NCBI GenBank assembly: GCA_006546595.1
Contig: VIAD01000009.1
Location: forward strand, 56,495-88,494
From: Moraxellaceae bacterium AER2_44_116
GTDB taxonomy: Bacteria > Pseudomonadota > Gammaproteobacteria > Pseudomonadales > Moraxellaceae
Direction of reading: 5' to 3'
Length of the DNA: 32,000 nucleotides
Shown here: one piece after another, positions 25,010 through 32,000 of the stretch
Position numbering within the stretch: position 1 is the first letter of the stretch
Layout of the letters: each line of letters begins with the position of its first letter
Notes under the pieces: generated by a model
What the model saw: only the letters and a program-made list of their open reading frames with translations
The model's database searches: none
Told to the model about the DNA's origin: nothing
Made by a program: the position numbers and the translations under genes

Positions 25010-25798
25010 TTACCCGACCCGCCTTCCCTTAACCGCATTAGCTCGCCCACTACAACAAATCCGACCATCCGCACACACACCTAAACGCGAACGAACCGTC
25101 TCTTTAAACCCCACCAACTCATCAACAGGCATGGCCGCCAATTGCGCCCCTAAACTTGGCGCAACCAACACCGTTGACCAATAATCATCAAAATCACGAA
25201 ACATCCTCTCAACAACAACTTCATAGGTTTCAACGTCTTGCAACCCTGTTTGTAGCCATAAATCGTGTAAGACCTGTCGGTTTCCCGCATTTGGACTCGG
25301 CGGCGATGGCACATGAATACCCCGACTAATTAACTCCGTACGCAAAACATCATAAGGAAAACCGCCACCCAACAAATCCCACGCATAAGCCGTCACTATG
25401 CCACCTGCCCGCACAACCCTCACCATTTCCGCCACACCTTTGGCGGGGTCAGGCACAAAAAAGATCACTAAGGGCATGACCGCAATATCAAAGCAATTGT
25501 CAGCATAAGGCAAACTCATTGCGTCGCCTTGTTGAAACTGGGCGGCACTGAGCAACGGTCGAGTCCGAGCATAAGCTAATTGCGCTTCTGATGGGTCAAT
25601 TCCATCTATCGTGCTTGGTGAACAGCTTTCGACCAACATTTCGGTAAATGCGCCGTTACCACAACCAATATCAATCCATTGCTGGGTAGATGGTGGAGCT
25701 AACCACGCCAAAAAAGCCTTTCCTGCTAATTGGCTCCATACGCCCATATAACGCTCATAAGCGGCACCATCATCAAAACGGATTTCGTTAGTTGTCAT
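25010..25798 (-). CDS. Class I SAM-dependent methyltransferase
   Basis: It has motif I (IDIGCGNGAFTE), post-I acidic residues and a Methyltransf_11-like layout. Confidence 0.8.
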   Translation of the reverse strand: MTTNEIRFDDGAAYERYMGVWSQLAGKAFLAWLAPPSTQQWIDIGCGNGAFTEMLVESCSPSTIDGIDPSEAQLAYARTRPLLSAAQFQQGDAMSLPYADNCFDIAVMPLVIFFVPDPAKGVAEMVRVVRAGGIVTAYAWDLLGGGFPYDVLRTELISRGIHVPSPPSPNAGNRQVLHDLWLQTGLQDVETYEVVVERMFRDFDDYWSTVLVAPSLGAQLAAMPVDELVGFKETVRSRLGVCADGRICCSGRANAVKGRRVG

Positions 25799-25943
25799 AT
25801 AGTCTCTCCTGTTGAATTAAATTTCCGTTAGATTTAGATCAGTACAGTATCCTAAAAACACGGTATTGCAACATCAACAGAACCCCCAACGAATCCCCTA
25901 TCCATGTAAAATACCGCTACTCTTATCGGTTTAGGCTAAATTT

Positions 25944-27200
25944 GTGAAGTCAGTTGCATATCTTGTACTCATCAGTAGTTTGCTATCCGCTTGTGCCACC
26001 CCACAGCCCATGATGAAACCATTACCTAAGCCTGTTGCCGAGGCCAAACCACCTGCGCCAACATTACCGCCTTTAATCTTGCCGCCCAGTGCCGTTATAC
26101 CCCCACCAATAAGCAGTAATACCGCCATACCACCCGTCACCTTGCCACAGCCGAAAATACCATTACAACCCGCAAATATTGACCAAGCACACGCGTTACT
26201 CCAACAATTATTACCTACCAAAATTAAAGACCGAAATGGTTGGCGTAATGATATTTTAAGTGCGTTTACTGGCTTAAAAATTCCTTATGAAGCGCAATAT
26301 TTTTGTGCCGCAATCGCGATTATTGAGCAAGAATCCAGTTGGCAAAGTGATCCAACTGTCGCTAATTTAGACAAAATAGTGTGGAAAGAAATCGAAAAAC
26401 GCGCGGATAAATATCATTTACCCATGTTGGCCGTAAAACTGGCTTTACTCAAACCTTCCGCCGATGGACGTAGCTATAAAACTCGCATTGACGCGCTTAA
26501 AACTGAAAAACAAATGAACGCGCTGTTTGAAGATATGGTCGCCGATGCAGGCAAAATTGGCCTGCCTTTTGAGATGAAAAACCCTATTCGCACAGGAGGG
26601 CCTATGCAAGTGAGTATTGATTTTGCTGAAAGCCAAATACGCGCATGGCCATACCCTTACAGTTACAAAGGCAGCTTACGCAATGAAGTCTTTACTCGAC
26701 GTGGTGGTTTATATTTTGGTATTGCTAACTTATTACAATATCGGGTGAATTACCCACAGATGAAGTATCGTTTTGCCGATTTTAATGCAGGTCGCTACAG
26801 TAGCCGTAATGCGGCTTTTCAAGCGGCTTTAAGCATATTGGCTCATAAAAAAATGGGGCTAGATGGCGATTTATTGATGTATCAAAATAATCAAACTAGC
26901 ACCACACAACAACAGCTTATAAAGCTCGCGGCTCGTTTAGACATGACAACTCAAGCCATTGAACGTGACTTAAAACTGGAAAAAAGTGAAGCGTTTAGCC
27001 AAACACGATTATTTAAACGGGTATTTGAACTGGCTAAACAACAAACAGGTCGTGATTTAGCGCAACAAGTAACACCACAAATTCAATTAGTTAGCCCAAA
27101 GATTACCCGCAAACTAACAACCGAATGGTTTGCAGGCCGCGTTGATGGACGTTATAAAACCTGTATGGGGCGGCAACCGAATATTGTTAAATTGCCCTAA
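25944..27200 (+). CDS. Lipoprotein, probably DUF1615 family, with a Pro-rich linker
   Basis: GTG start. MKSVAYLVLISSLLSAC is a signal peptide plus lipobox. A Pro-rich tether (PPAPTLPPLILPPSAVIPPP) follows, then a conserved globular domain containing IIEQESSWQSDP. The family assignment is from memory. Confidence 0.55.
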   Translation: MKSVAYLVLISSLLSACATPQPMMKPLPKPVAEAKPPAPTLPPLILPPSAVIPPPISSNTAIPPVTLPQPKIPLQPANIDQAHALLQQLLPTKIKDRNGWRNDILSAFTGLKIPYEAQYFCAAIAIIEQESSWQSDPTVANLDKIVWKEIEKRADKYHLPMLAVKLALLKPSADGRSYKTRIDALKTEKQMNALFEDMVADAGKIGLPFEMKNPIRTGGPMQVSIDFAESQIRAWPYPYSYKGSLRNEVFTRRGGLYFGIANLLQYRVNYPQMKYRFADFNAGRYSSRNAAFQAALSILAHKKMGLDGDLLMYQNNQTSTTQQQLIKLAARLDMTTQAIERDLKLEKSEAFSQTRLFKRVFELAKQQTGRDLAQQVTPQIQLVSPKITRKLTTEWFAGRVDGRYKTCMGRQPNIVKLP

Positions 27201-27314
27201 CTAAGAAAATTTGCTGATATTTTACCTACACTATACGAGCCACACTTGGAAGCCAAAAACATCAACAGCCCCTATTTTCAGGAAACGACAATCTTCACTT
27301 TTTCTGCTATGATT

Positions 27315-27432
27315 CGTTCTGTCATTGGGGAGTAGTCGCTGTCAGTAGCCAATACTGACGGGCAAATGTCAACATACTTGTTCAACAGAACATGGCATTT
27401 GCAGCTTCGGCCTGACCAGACCTTTGACTTGT
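27315..27432 (+). promoter_or_regulatory. yybP-ykoY (manganese) riboswitch
   Basis: The conserved blocks are in the correct order: GGGGAGTAG (27327-27335), GTCAACATA (27368-27376) and CAGACCTTTGAC (27417-27428). The last block can pair back to GTCATTGG (27321-27328). There is an internal hairpin gtcagta-gccaa-tactgac. It sits directly upstream of a UPF0016 transporter gene, a known riboswitch target class. Confidence 0.7.
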
Positions 27433-27498
27433 TCATCTGCCGTGAGTCGGCCAGGTGTGGCAAGTCATGGGTAAAACGCGCCGACTCGGAAGACCATC

Positions 27499-28071
27499 AT
27501 GAACGCTTTTTTCATTGCTACTGCTCTCGTTGCCCTTGCTGAAATGGGTGACAAAACTCAACTTCTCGCCTTTTTACTTGCCGCCCGTTTTCGCCAACCA
27601 TTGCCCATTGTTGCTGGTATTTTTGTTGCCACCATTGTCAATCATGCCTTTGCGGGTGCTGCGGGCATGTGGATTACGCATTTAATTGGTGCCGAAAATA
27701 TGCGCTGGATATTGGGTGTTTCCTTTATTGCCATGGCTGCTTGGATTTTAGTACCTGATAAAATTGACGAGGAAGAAGAACAAGCACTGCGCTTTGGCGT
27801 GTTTGGCACAACGGTGATTGCCTTCTTTTTAGCGGAAATGGGCGATAAAACACAAATTGCAACCGTCGCATTGAGTGCAAAATATGCGTCTGAGTTTGTT
27901 TGGGTGATTACAGGTACAACCTTTGGCATGATGTTAGCCAACGTTCCTGCTGTGTATTTAGGCAATCATTTTGCCCAAAAACTGCCAATTCGTTGGATTC
28001 ATGCGGTTGCCGCAGCCATTTTTGCGTTGATTGGCGTGTTGGTGCTGTTAGGTAAAGACGGATTGTTATAA
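27499..28071 (+). CDS. UPF0016 (GDT1/TMEM165/MneA-like) family cation (Mn2+/Ca2+) transporter
   Basis: It has two ExGDKT signature motifs (AEMGDKTQLLA and AEMGDKTQIAT) in a 190-aa, 6-TM protein. Confidence 0.9.
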   Translation: MNAFFIATALVALAEMGDKTQLLAFLLAARFRQPLPIVAGIFVATIVNHAFAGAAGMWITHLIGAENMRWILGVSFIAMAAWILVPDKIDEEEEQALRFGVFGTTVIAFFLAEMGDKTQIATVALSAKYASEFVWVITGTTFGMMLANVPAVYLGNHFAQKLPIRWIHAVAAAIFALIGVLVLLGKDGLL

Positions 28072-28076
28072 CAAGC

Positions 28077-28105
28077 GTTGAGGCAGATTTTGCACCTGCC
28101 TCAAC
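28077..28105 (+). terminator. Perfect 10-bp stem-loop immediately after the transporter stop codon
   Basis: gttgaggcag (28077-28086) pairs with ctgcctcaac (28096-28105) around a 9-nt loop. There is no clear T-run, so terminator function is uncertain. Confidence 0.4.
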
Positions 28106-28112
28106 AACCCTC

Positions 28113-28170
28113 TGTAGGGGCGAATTTATTCGCCAAAATATCAAATTGGGCGAATAAATTCGCCCCTACA
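28113..28170. repeat. REP-like family D: perfect 22-bp inverted repeat TGTAGGGGCGAATTTATTCGCC / GGCGAATAAATTCGCCCCTACA
   Basis: The arms are at 28113-28134 and 28149-28170. Each arm is itself self-complementary (ggcgaat..attcgcc). It lies between convergent genes. Confidence 0.85.
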
Positions 28171-28173
28171 AAA

Positions 28174-29622
28174 TCAAGAAAACACCATTACCCCATCATC
28201 AACCGAACCAAAACGCAACATCGCCATATCAAGTGCGTAGTTTTGATACAGTTTCCACGGCGACTTATTGCCTTGCTTCGGTAAATTTGCAGCAGCACGT
28301 TGAATATAACCAGATGCTAAATTGAGGAAGTTTTCTTCAACAACAGAAGGGTCTGAGTTGCGCGGCGTACACTGTTTTAGTCCTTTTTTATCCATTGCAT
28401 TTAATAAACGACAAACAAACTCACTGGTTAAATCCGCTTTCAGTGTCCACGAGGCATTGGTATAACCAAAGGTCATTGCTAAGTTAGGCACATCACGGAA
28501 CATAGCACCTTTATAGTTCATGGTTTTACCAATTTCTATGGCTTTACCATCAACGGTCACCGCCATCCCACCAAACATTTGCAAGTTCAGCCCTGTCGCC
28601 GTAACCACCATATCAGCTTCTAACTCTTTGCCTGATTTCAGTAAAATGCCATGCTCAGTAAAGTGGTCAATATGATCGGTGACAACAGACGCTTTACCCT
28701 GCCGAATCACTTTAAATAAATCACCATTGGGAACGGCACAGACACGCTCATCCCAAGGATTATATTTAGGCGAAAAATGCGTCATATCATAATCTTTACC
28801 CAATTGCCGACGGATTTGCCCCAACAAAAAGCGACGCACTAACTTGGGTTTTTCACGGCTCAAGTTATAAAACATCATAGTCAAACCGACATTACGGGTA
28901 CGAGCCAAACGATAAACAATTTTTTCAGGCAGAAAACGACGTAATTTATTGGAAATAATGTCTTGCTCAGGCACAGAAATGACGTAAGTCGGTGAGCGTT
29001 GCAGCATGGTGACATGTGCTGCTTTATCGGTCATCGCTGGTAAAAGTGTCACGGCTGTTGCACCACTACCGATAATCACCACTTTTTTGTTGGCATAATC
29101 AATGTCTTGCGTCCATTTTTGTGGATGAACAACCTGTCCTTTATAGTTTTCAATGCCTGCAAACTCTGGCGTATAGCCTTTATCGTAATTGTAATAACCA
29201 CTGCACATCTGCAAAAAATTACAGGTAAATTCCACCACTTCACCTGATGGCTCACGTTCAGCCTCTACAGTCCATGTTGCTGTTTTACTCGACCATGAAG
29301 CGGTACGCACTCGCAAGCCATAACGAATTTTTTTATCAATCCCATTTTCACGCGCCGTTTCTTGCACGTACTGACGAATGGCAGGGCCATCGGCAATCGC
29401 TTTAGGATTTGTCCACGGTTTAAAGTTATAGCCTAAGGTAAACATATCAGAATCAGAACGAATACCAGGGTAACGAAATAAATCCCATGTTCCGCCAATG
29501 GCTTGACGACGCTCCAGAATGGCATAACGTTTATTAGGACACTCTTTTTGCAAATGATACGCCGCGCCAATACCCGAAAGACCTGCACCGACAATTAAGA
29601 CATCAAAATGTTCACTTGCCAT
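28174..29622 (-). CDS. Flavin-containing / Baeyer-Villiger-type monooxygenase (FAD/NAD(P)-binding)
   Basis: It has FAD GxGxxG (VLIVGAGLSGIGAAY), a BVMO-like fingerprint (YKGQVVHPQKW) and a second dinucleotide motif (VVIIGSGATAV). ATG at 29622 is preferred over the TTG at 29634. Confidence 0.8.
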   Translation of the reverse strand: MASEHFDVLIVGAGLSGIGAAYHLQKECPNKRYAILERRQAIGGTWDLFRYPGIRSDSDMFTLGYNFKPWTNPKAIADGPAIRQYVQETARENGIDKKIRYGLRVRTASWSSKTATWTVEAEREPSGEVVEFTCNFLQMCSGYYNYDKGYTPEFAGIENYKGQVVHPQKWTQDIDYANKKVVIIGSGATAVTLLPAMTDKAAHVTMLQRSPTYVISVPEQDIISNKLRRFLPEKIVYRLARTRNVGLTMMFYNLSREKPKLVRRFLLGQIRRQLGKDYDMTHFSPKYNPWDERVCAVPNGDLFKVIRQGKASVVTDHIDHFTEHGILLKSGKELEADMVVTATGLNLQMFGGMAVTVDGKAIEIGKTMNYKGAMFRDVPNLAMTFGYTNASWTLKADLTSEFVCRLLNAMDKKGLKQCTPRNSDPSVVEENFLNLASGYIQRAAANLPKQGNKSPWKLYQNYALDMAMLRFGSVDDGVMVFS

Positions 29623-29904
29623 ACTTTTACCCAAGATAATTAAGATTTAACTACGCTATTGGCACGATAATACCAATACTCACACAGATGGATAGTAAGG
29701 GGATATTGTGTAAATGTGTACCGATTTTGAGGACAATATAATTGTCATTTAAGGACAACACATTGATAAGACGATAAAAGTATAGATTACAATTCATCAT
29801 GTTTGGCATACTCAAAAACAAAACGTGCTATGTTGATGGGTGGGCTTTTCCATTGATATGCATATCACATAAGAGCCGACACTCTTTTTCAACGCAGGTC
29901 AAAC

Positions 29905-30486
29905 ATGTCATTAAGTCGCGTTACAGGCGTTTATCGCCGAGAAGGCTCATGGAATTTAATAGAAATTAAACTTCACGAACCTGCACAACTCTTTAATTCT
30001 TTTGACCCTTCCCCCTTTCACGAACGCGACTTAGATGCCGATGCCGCTGAATATTTAACCAATGCCTTTCGTGAACTTCACGGACATAAACACATTAAAT
30101 TAGTCATTTATTTAGCGCACACGACTCCAGAAACGATGACATCCATAAAGTCTTCTATTCGTAATTATTTTCGGTATCGTGAAATGGTCACCATGTTTAA
30201 GGTGCGGCAACGTTTACGGATTGGACGCTCAAGTTTATTGATTGGCTTAGTATTTTTATTCGTCTGTAACTTTATTCGCTTGTGGCTACCAACCGAAGAC
30301 ATGGCCGCTCGAACCATTAACGAAGGTTTATTGATTATCGGCTGGGTCGCGATGTGGAAACCATTGGATATCTTGTTATATGAATGGTGGCCATTGATGG
30401 CCGACTCACGCTTGTATGGCAGACTGAGCGAGATATTGGTCGAAGTGAAAGAAGCTCATATCTCAAAAGAGGATGATGCCGTATAA
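29905..30486 (+). CDS. Hypothetical membrane protein (soluble N-terminal domain + 2 predicted TM helices)
   Basis: This is a 193-aa ORF with codon usage like its neighbours and hydrophobic segments (SLLIGLVFLFVCNFI, GLLIIGWVAMW). I recognise no family. Confidence 0.5.
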   Translation: MSLSRVTGVYRREGSWNLIEIKLHEPAQLFNSFDPSPFHERDLDADAAEYLTNAFRELHGHKHIKLVIYLAHTTPETMTSIKSSIRNYFRYREMVTMFKVRQRLRIGRSSLLIGLVFLFVCNFIRLWLPTEDMAARTINEGLLIIGWVAMWKPLDILLYEWWPLMADSRLYGRLSEILVEVKEAHISKEDDAV

Positions 30487-30503
30487 ATAATTTCTTATCC
30501 AAT

Positions 30504-30536
30504 AAAAAAGGGCTAGACCGTTAAGTCTAACCCTTT
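30504..30536 (-). terminator. Bidirectional rho-independent terminator (tRNA-Pro on the minus strand, membrane protein gene on the plus strand)
   Basis: The stem gggctagac/gtctaaccc (30510-30518 / 30525-30533) has one C-A mismatch on the + strand, which becomes a G-T wobble on the - strand. It is flanked by an A6 run on the left and T-rich sequence on the right. Confidence 0.65.
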
Positions 30537-30544
30537 GATTATTT

Positions 30545-30621
<77 letters not shown>

Positions 30622-30680
30622 AACAGGCGGCTATCTTAACGAATTTCATCCATTTGTCCAGCAAATTTACGCAAAACTGC

Positions 30681-31106
30681 TCAACTTGCAGGCACATAAG
30701 CGGTTATAAACTCAGGAGGCATACGCTTAGGCTTACCTGTCACCATATCAACAGTCACAAAATAGGTACGACCTGTAAATACTGTTTTATGATCAGAGAC
30801 ACGAACGATTTGGTAATCACGAATGGTTGACAGTTTACCATCATTCGCACTGATCCACGTCCCCACCTGCAACTCATCACCGATATAAGTCGGAAACGCA
30901 TAATTAAGTTCGTGTTTACGGACAACGCAACCACAATTTAATCGTTTATAAGCGTCGATGTCTAAACCTAAATGGTTCGAATGCGCCCAAGCAACTTTTT
31001 CCAACCACTGCAAATAAGCAATGTTATTCGTGTGGCCAAAGTCATCTTGATGTTGTGAACCAACCGTTAACGTAAGGGTATAAGGCTGATTAACTAACCA
31101 CACCAA
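30681..31106 (-). CDS. Acyl-CoA thioesterase, 4HBT/YbgC-like hotdog fold
   Basis: The N-terminus ([23 protein letters not shown]) is typical of 4HBT thioesterases. The start is TTG 31106 or GTG 31103, tightly packed after the merR-like stop. Confidence 0.75.
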   Translation of the reverse strand: MVWLVNQPYTLTLTVGSQHQDDFGHTNNIAYLQWLEKVAWAHSNHLGLDIDAYKRLNCGCVVRKHELNYAFPTYIGDELQVGTWISANDGKLSTIRDYQIVRVSDHKTVFTGRTYFVTVDMVTGKPKRMPPEFITAYVPAS

Positions 31107-31109
31107 GGC

Positions 31110-31571
31110 TTAAACCCGCTTGCCTAATAAAAAAACGATGGCTTCTAACTCGCGAATCATATTCTTAATAACGATATTAAGCATATTTTGGCTTACTTGT
31201 GCTTGATACGCGAACAAAGCAATTGACTGACTCGGTACGCTTTCAACAATCGGAGCGCTTTCAATCTCTTCAGTAAACGCGGGTTTAATGAGTGCAGTTT
31301 CCGTTTCTGTTTGTAGCTGCAAACGCGCACCACTGATGGTGTAACCTTGCTCGTACAACAAACTACGAATACGTCGAATCATCAACACATCATCTTTTTG
31401 ATAGTAACGACGATTACCCCGACGTTTGACAGGGCTTAATTGCGGAAACTCCTGCTCCCAATAACGTAGCACGTGCGGCTTAACGTTACACAGCTCCCCC
31501 ACTTCACCAATAATAAAATAACGTTTATTGGGAATCGCAGGCAACAGTGCGTTATGACTGGGTTCTAGCAT
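31110..31571 (-). CDS. MerR-family transcriptional regulator (the type commonly found downstream of ihfA)
   Basis: It has a MerR HTH ([45 protein letters not shown]). Its ATG at 31571 overlaps the ihfA 3' end by 20 nt. Confidence 0.85.
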   Translation of the reverse strand: MLEPSHNALLPAIPNKRYFIIGEVGELCNVKPHVLRYWEQEFPQLSPVKRRGNRRYYQKDDVLMIRRIRSLLYEQGYTISGARLQLQTETETALIKPAFTEEIESAPIVESVPSQSIALFAYQAQVSQNMLNIVIKNMIRELEAIVFLLGKRV

Positions 31572-31854
31572 AGGTATCTACTTGTTGTCTAAGTTTTTGG
31601 CCAGCTTTAAACGTGACGACACGGCGTGCCGTAATTGGAATTTCTTCGCCCGTTTTAGGATTCCGACCGGGTCGTTGGCGTTTGTCGCGCAAATCGAAAT
31701 TACCAAAACCCGACAGTTTGACGGGCTGGTTATGCTCCAAGGCCAAACGAATTTCCTCAAAGAAAATATCGACCAATTCTTTGGCTTCTCGTTTATTCAG
31801 ACCAAGCTCATTAAAAAGATGCTCGACCATTTCGGCCTTGGTGAGTGCGCTCAT
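31552..31854 (-). CDS. ihfA: Integration host factor subunit alpha
   Basis: [88 protein letters not shown] is near-canonical IHF-alpha, and the gene lies downstream of pheT. Confidence 0.97.
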   Translation of the reverse strand: MSALTKAEMVEHLFNELGLNKREAKELVDIFFEEIRLALEHNQPVKLSGFGNFDLRDKRQRPGRNPKTGEEIPITARRVVTFKAGQKLRQQVDTYARTQS

Positions 31855-31878
31855 GCCTACCTCTTGTTATTTAACTAA

Positions 31879-32000
31879 CTATCTCAGAATTGCCTGATGT
31901 TGTTGCCCTAATGCTTCAACAATCGCTTGCAAACCTGCCTTTACTTCATCATCTTGCAATGTACGATCCTGATGTTGCCATTGCGTACCTATCGCTAAAC
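31879..32000 (-). CDS. pheT: Phenylalanine-tRNA ligase beta subunit, 3' end only (runs off the right edge)
   Basis: The minus frame is open from the window edge to the TAG at 31881-31879. It translates to ...LAIGTQWQHQDRTLQDDEVKAGLQAIVEALGQQHQAILR*, typical of the PheT C-terminal FDX-ACB domain. The pheT-ihfA synteny is conserved. Confidence 0.8.
   Translation of the reverse strand, partial: LAIGTQWQHQDRTLQDDEVKAGLQAIVEALGQQHQAILR

Noticed and set aside
25931-26221. 96-aa Gly-rich minus-strand ORF
   Set aside because: It is the antisense shadow of the Pro-rich linker of the lipoprotein gene (CCN codons read as GGN). It overlaps the signal peptide and lipobox-bearing start of the better-supported + strand gene.
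27278-27463. 61-aa minus-strand ORF in the gap before the UPF0016 gene
   Set aside because: It lies antisense to, and almost entirely within, the region matching the yybP-ykoY riboswitch. It has no RBS and no recognisable protein features, so the riboswitch explains the conservation-like structure better.

Overview
This looks like chromosomal DNA from a moderately AT-rich gammaproteobacterium. The repeat families and gene content suggest Thiotrichales/Beggiatoa-like, but that is a weak guess. All calls come from reading the sequence and the ORF track by eye; no searches were run.

Gene content, left to right:
- A 5'-complete lipoprotein gene that runs off the left edge and is missing from the ORF track.
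- A LuxR-type response regulator and a hybrid histidine kinase.
- A SpmA/SpmB-like membrane protein.
- A 600-bp AT-rich intergenic region with a tight DnaA-box cluster.
- A lytic transglycosylase and an orphan ParA-like ATPase.
- A two-domain fatty acyl-CoA reductase, a Uma2 endonuclease, SirB2 and BolA.
- A ferritin-like diiron protein.
- A solute-binding protein gene broken by one in-frame TAA.
- A complete type I R-M system (hsdR-hsdM-[GIY-YIG]-hsdS) next to tRNA-Val(GAC).
- A MoxR-DUF58-TgpA operon, a SAM methyltransferase and a DUF1615-like lipoprotein.
- A yybP-ykoY-type Mn riboswitch in front of a UPF0016/GDT1 transporter.
- A flavin monooxygenase, a small membrane protein and tRNA-Pro(GGG).
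- A thioesterase, then the conserved merR-like/ihfA/pheT(3' end) block.

Most notable non-genic content:
- At least three families of REP-like palindromic repeats. The densest array brackets a small GIY-YIG nuclease gene that splits hsdM from hsdS.
- The DnaA-box cluster, which has DARS-like geometry beside a strongly AT-rich tract.

I found no CRISPR array, rRNA, transposase or integrase. I cannot show that any novel multi-gene system is present. The GIY-YIG/REP cassette inside the R-M operon and the DnaA-box locus are the best candidates for follow-up.
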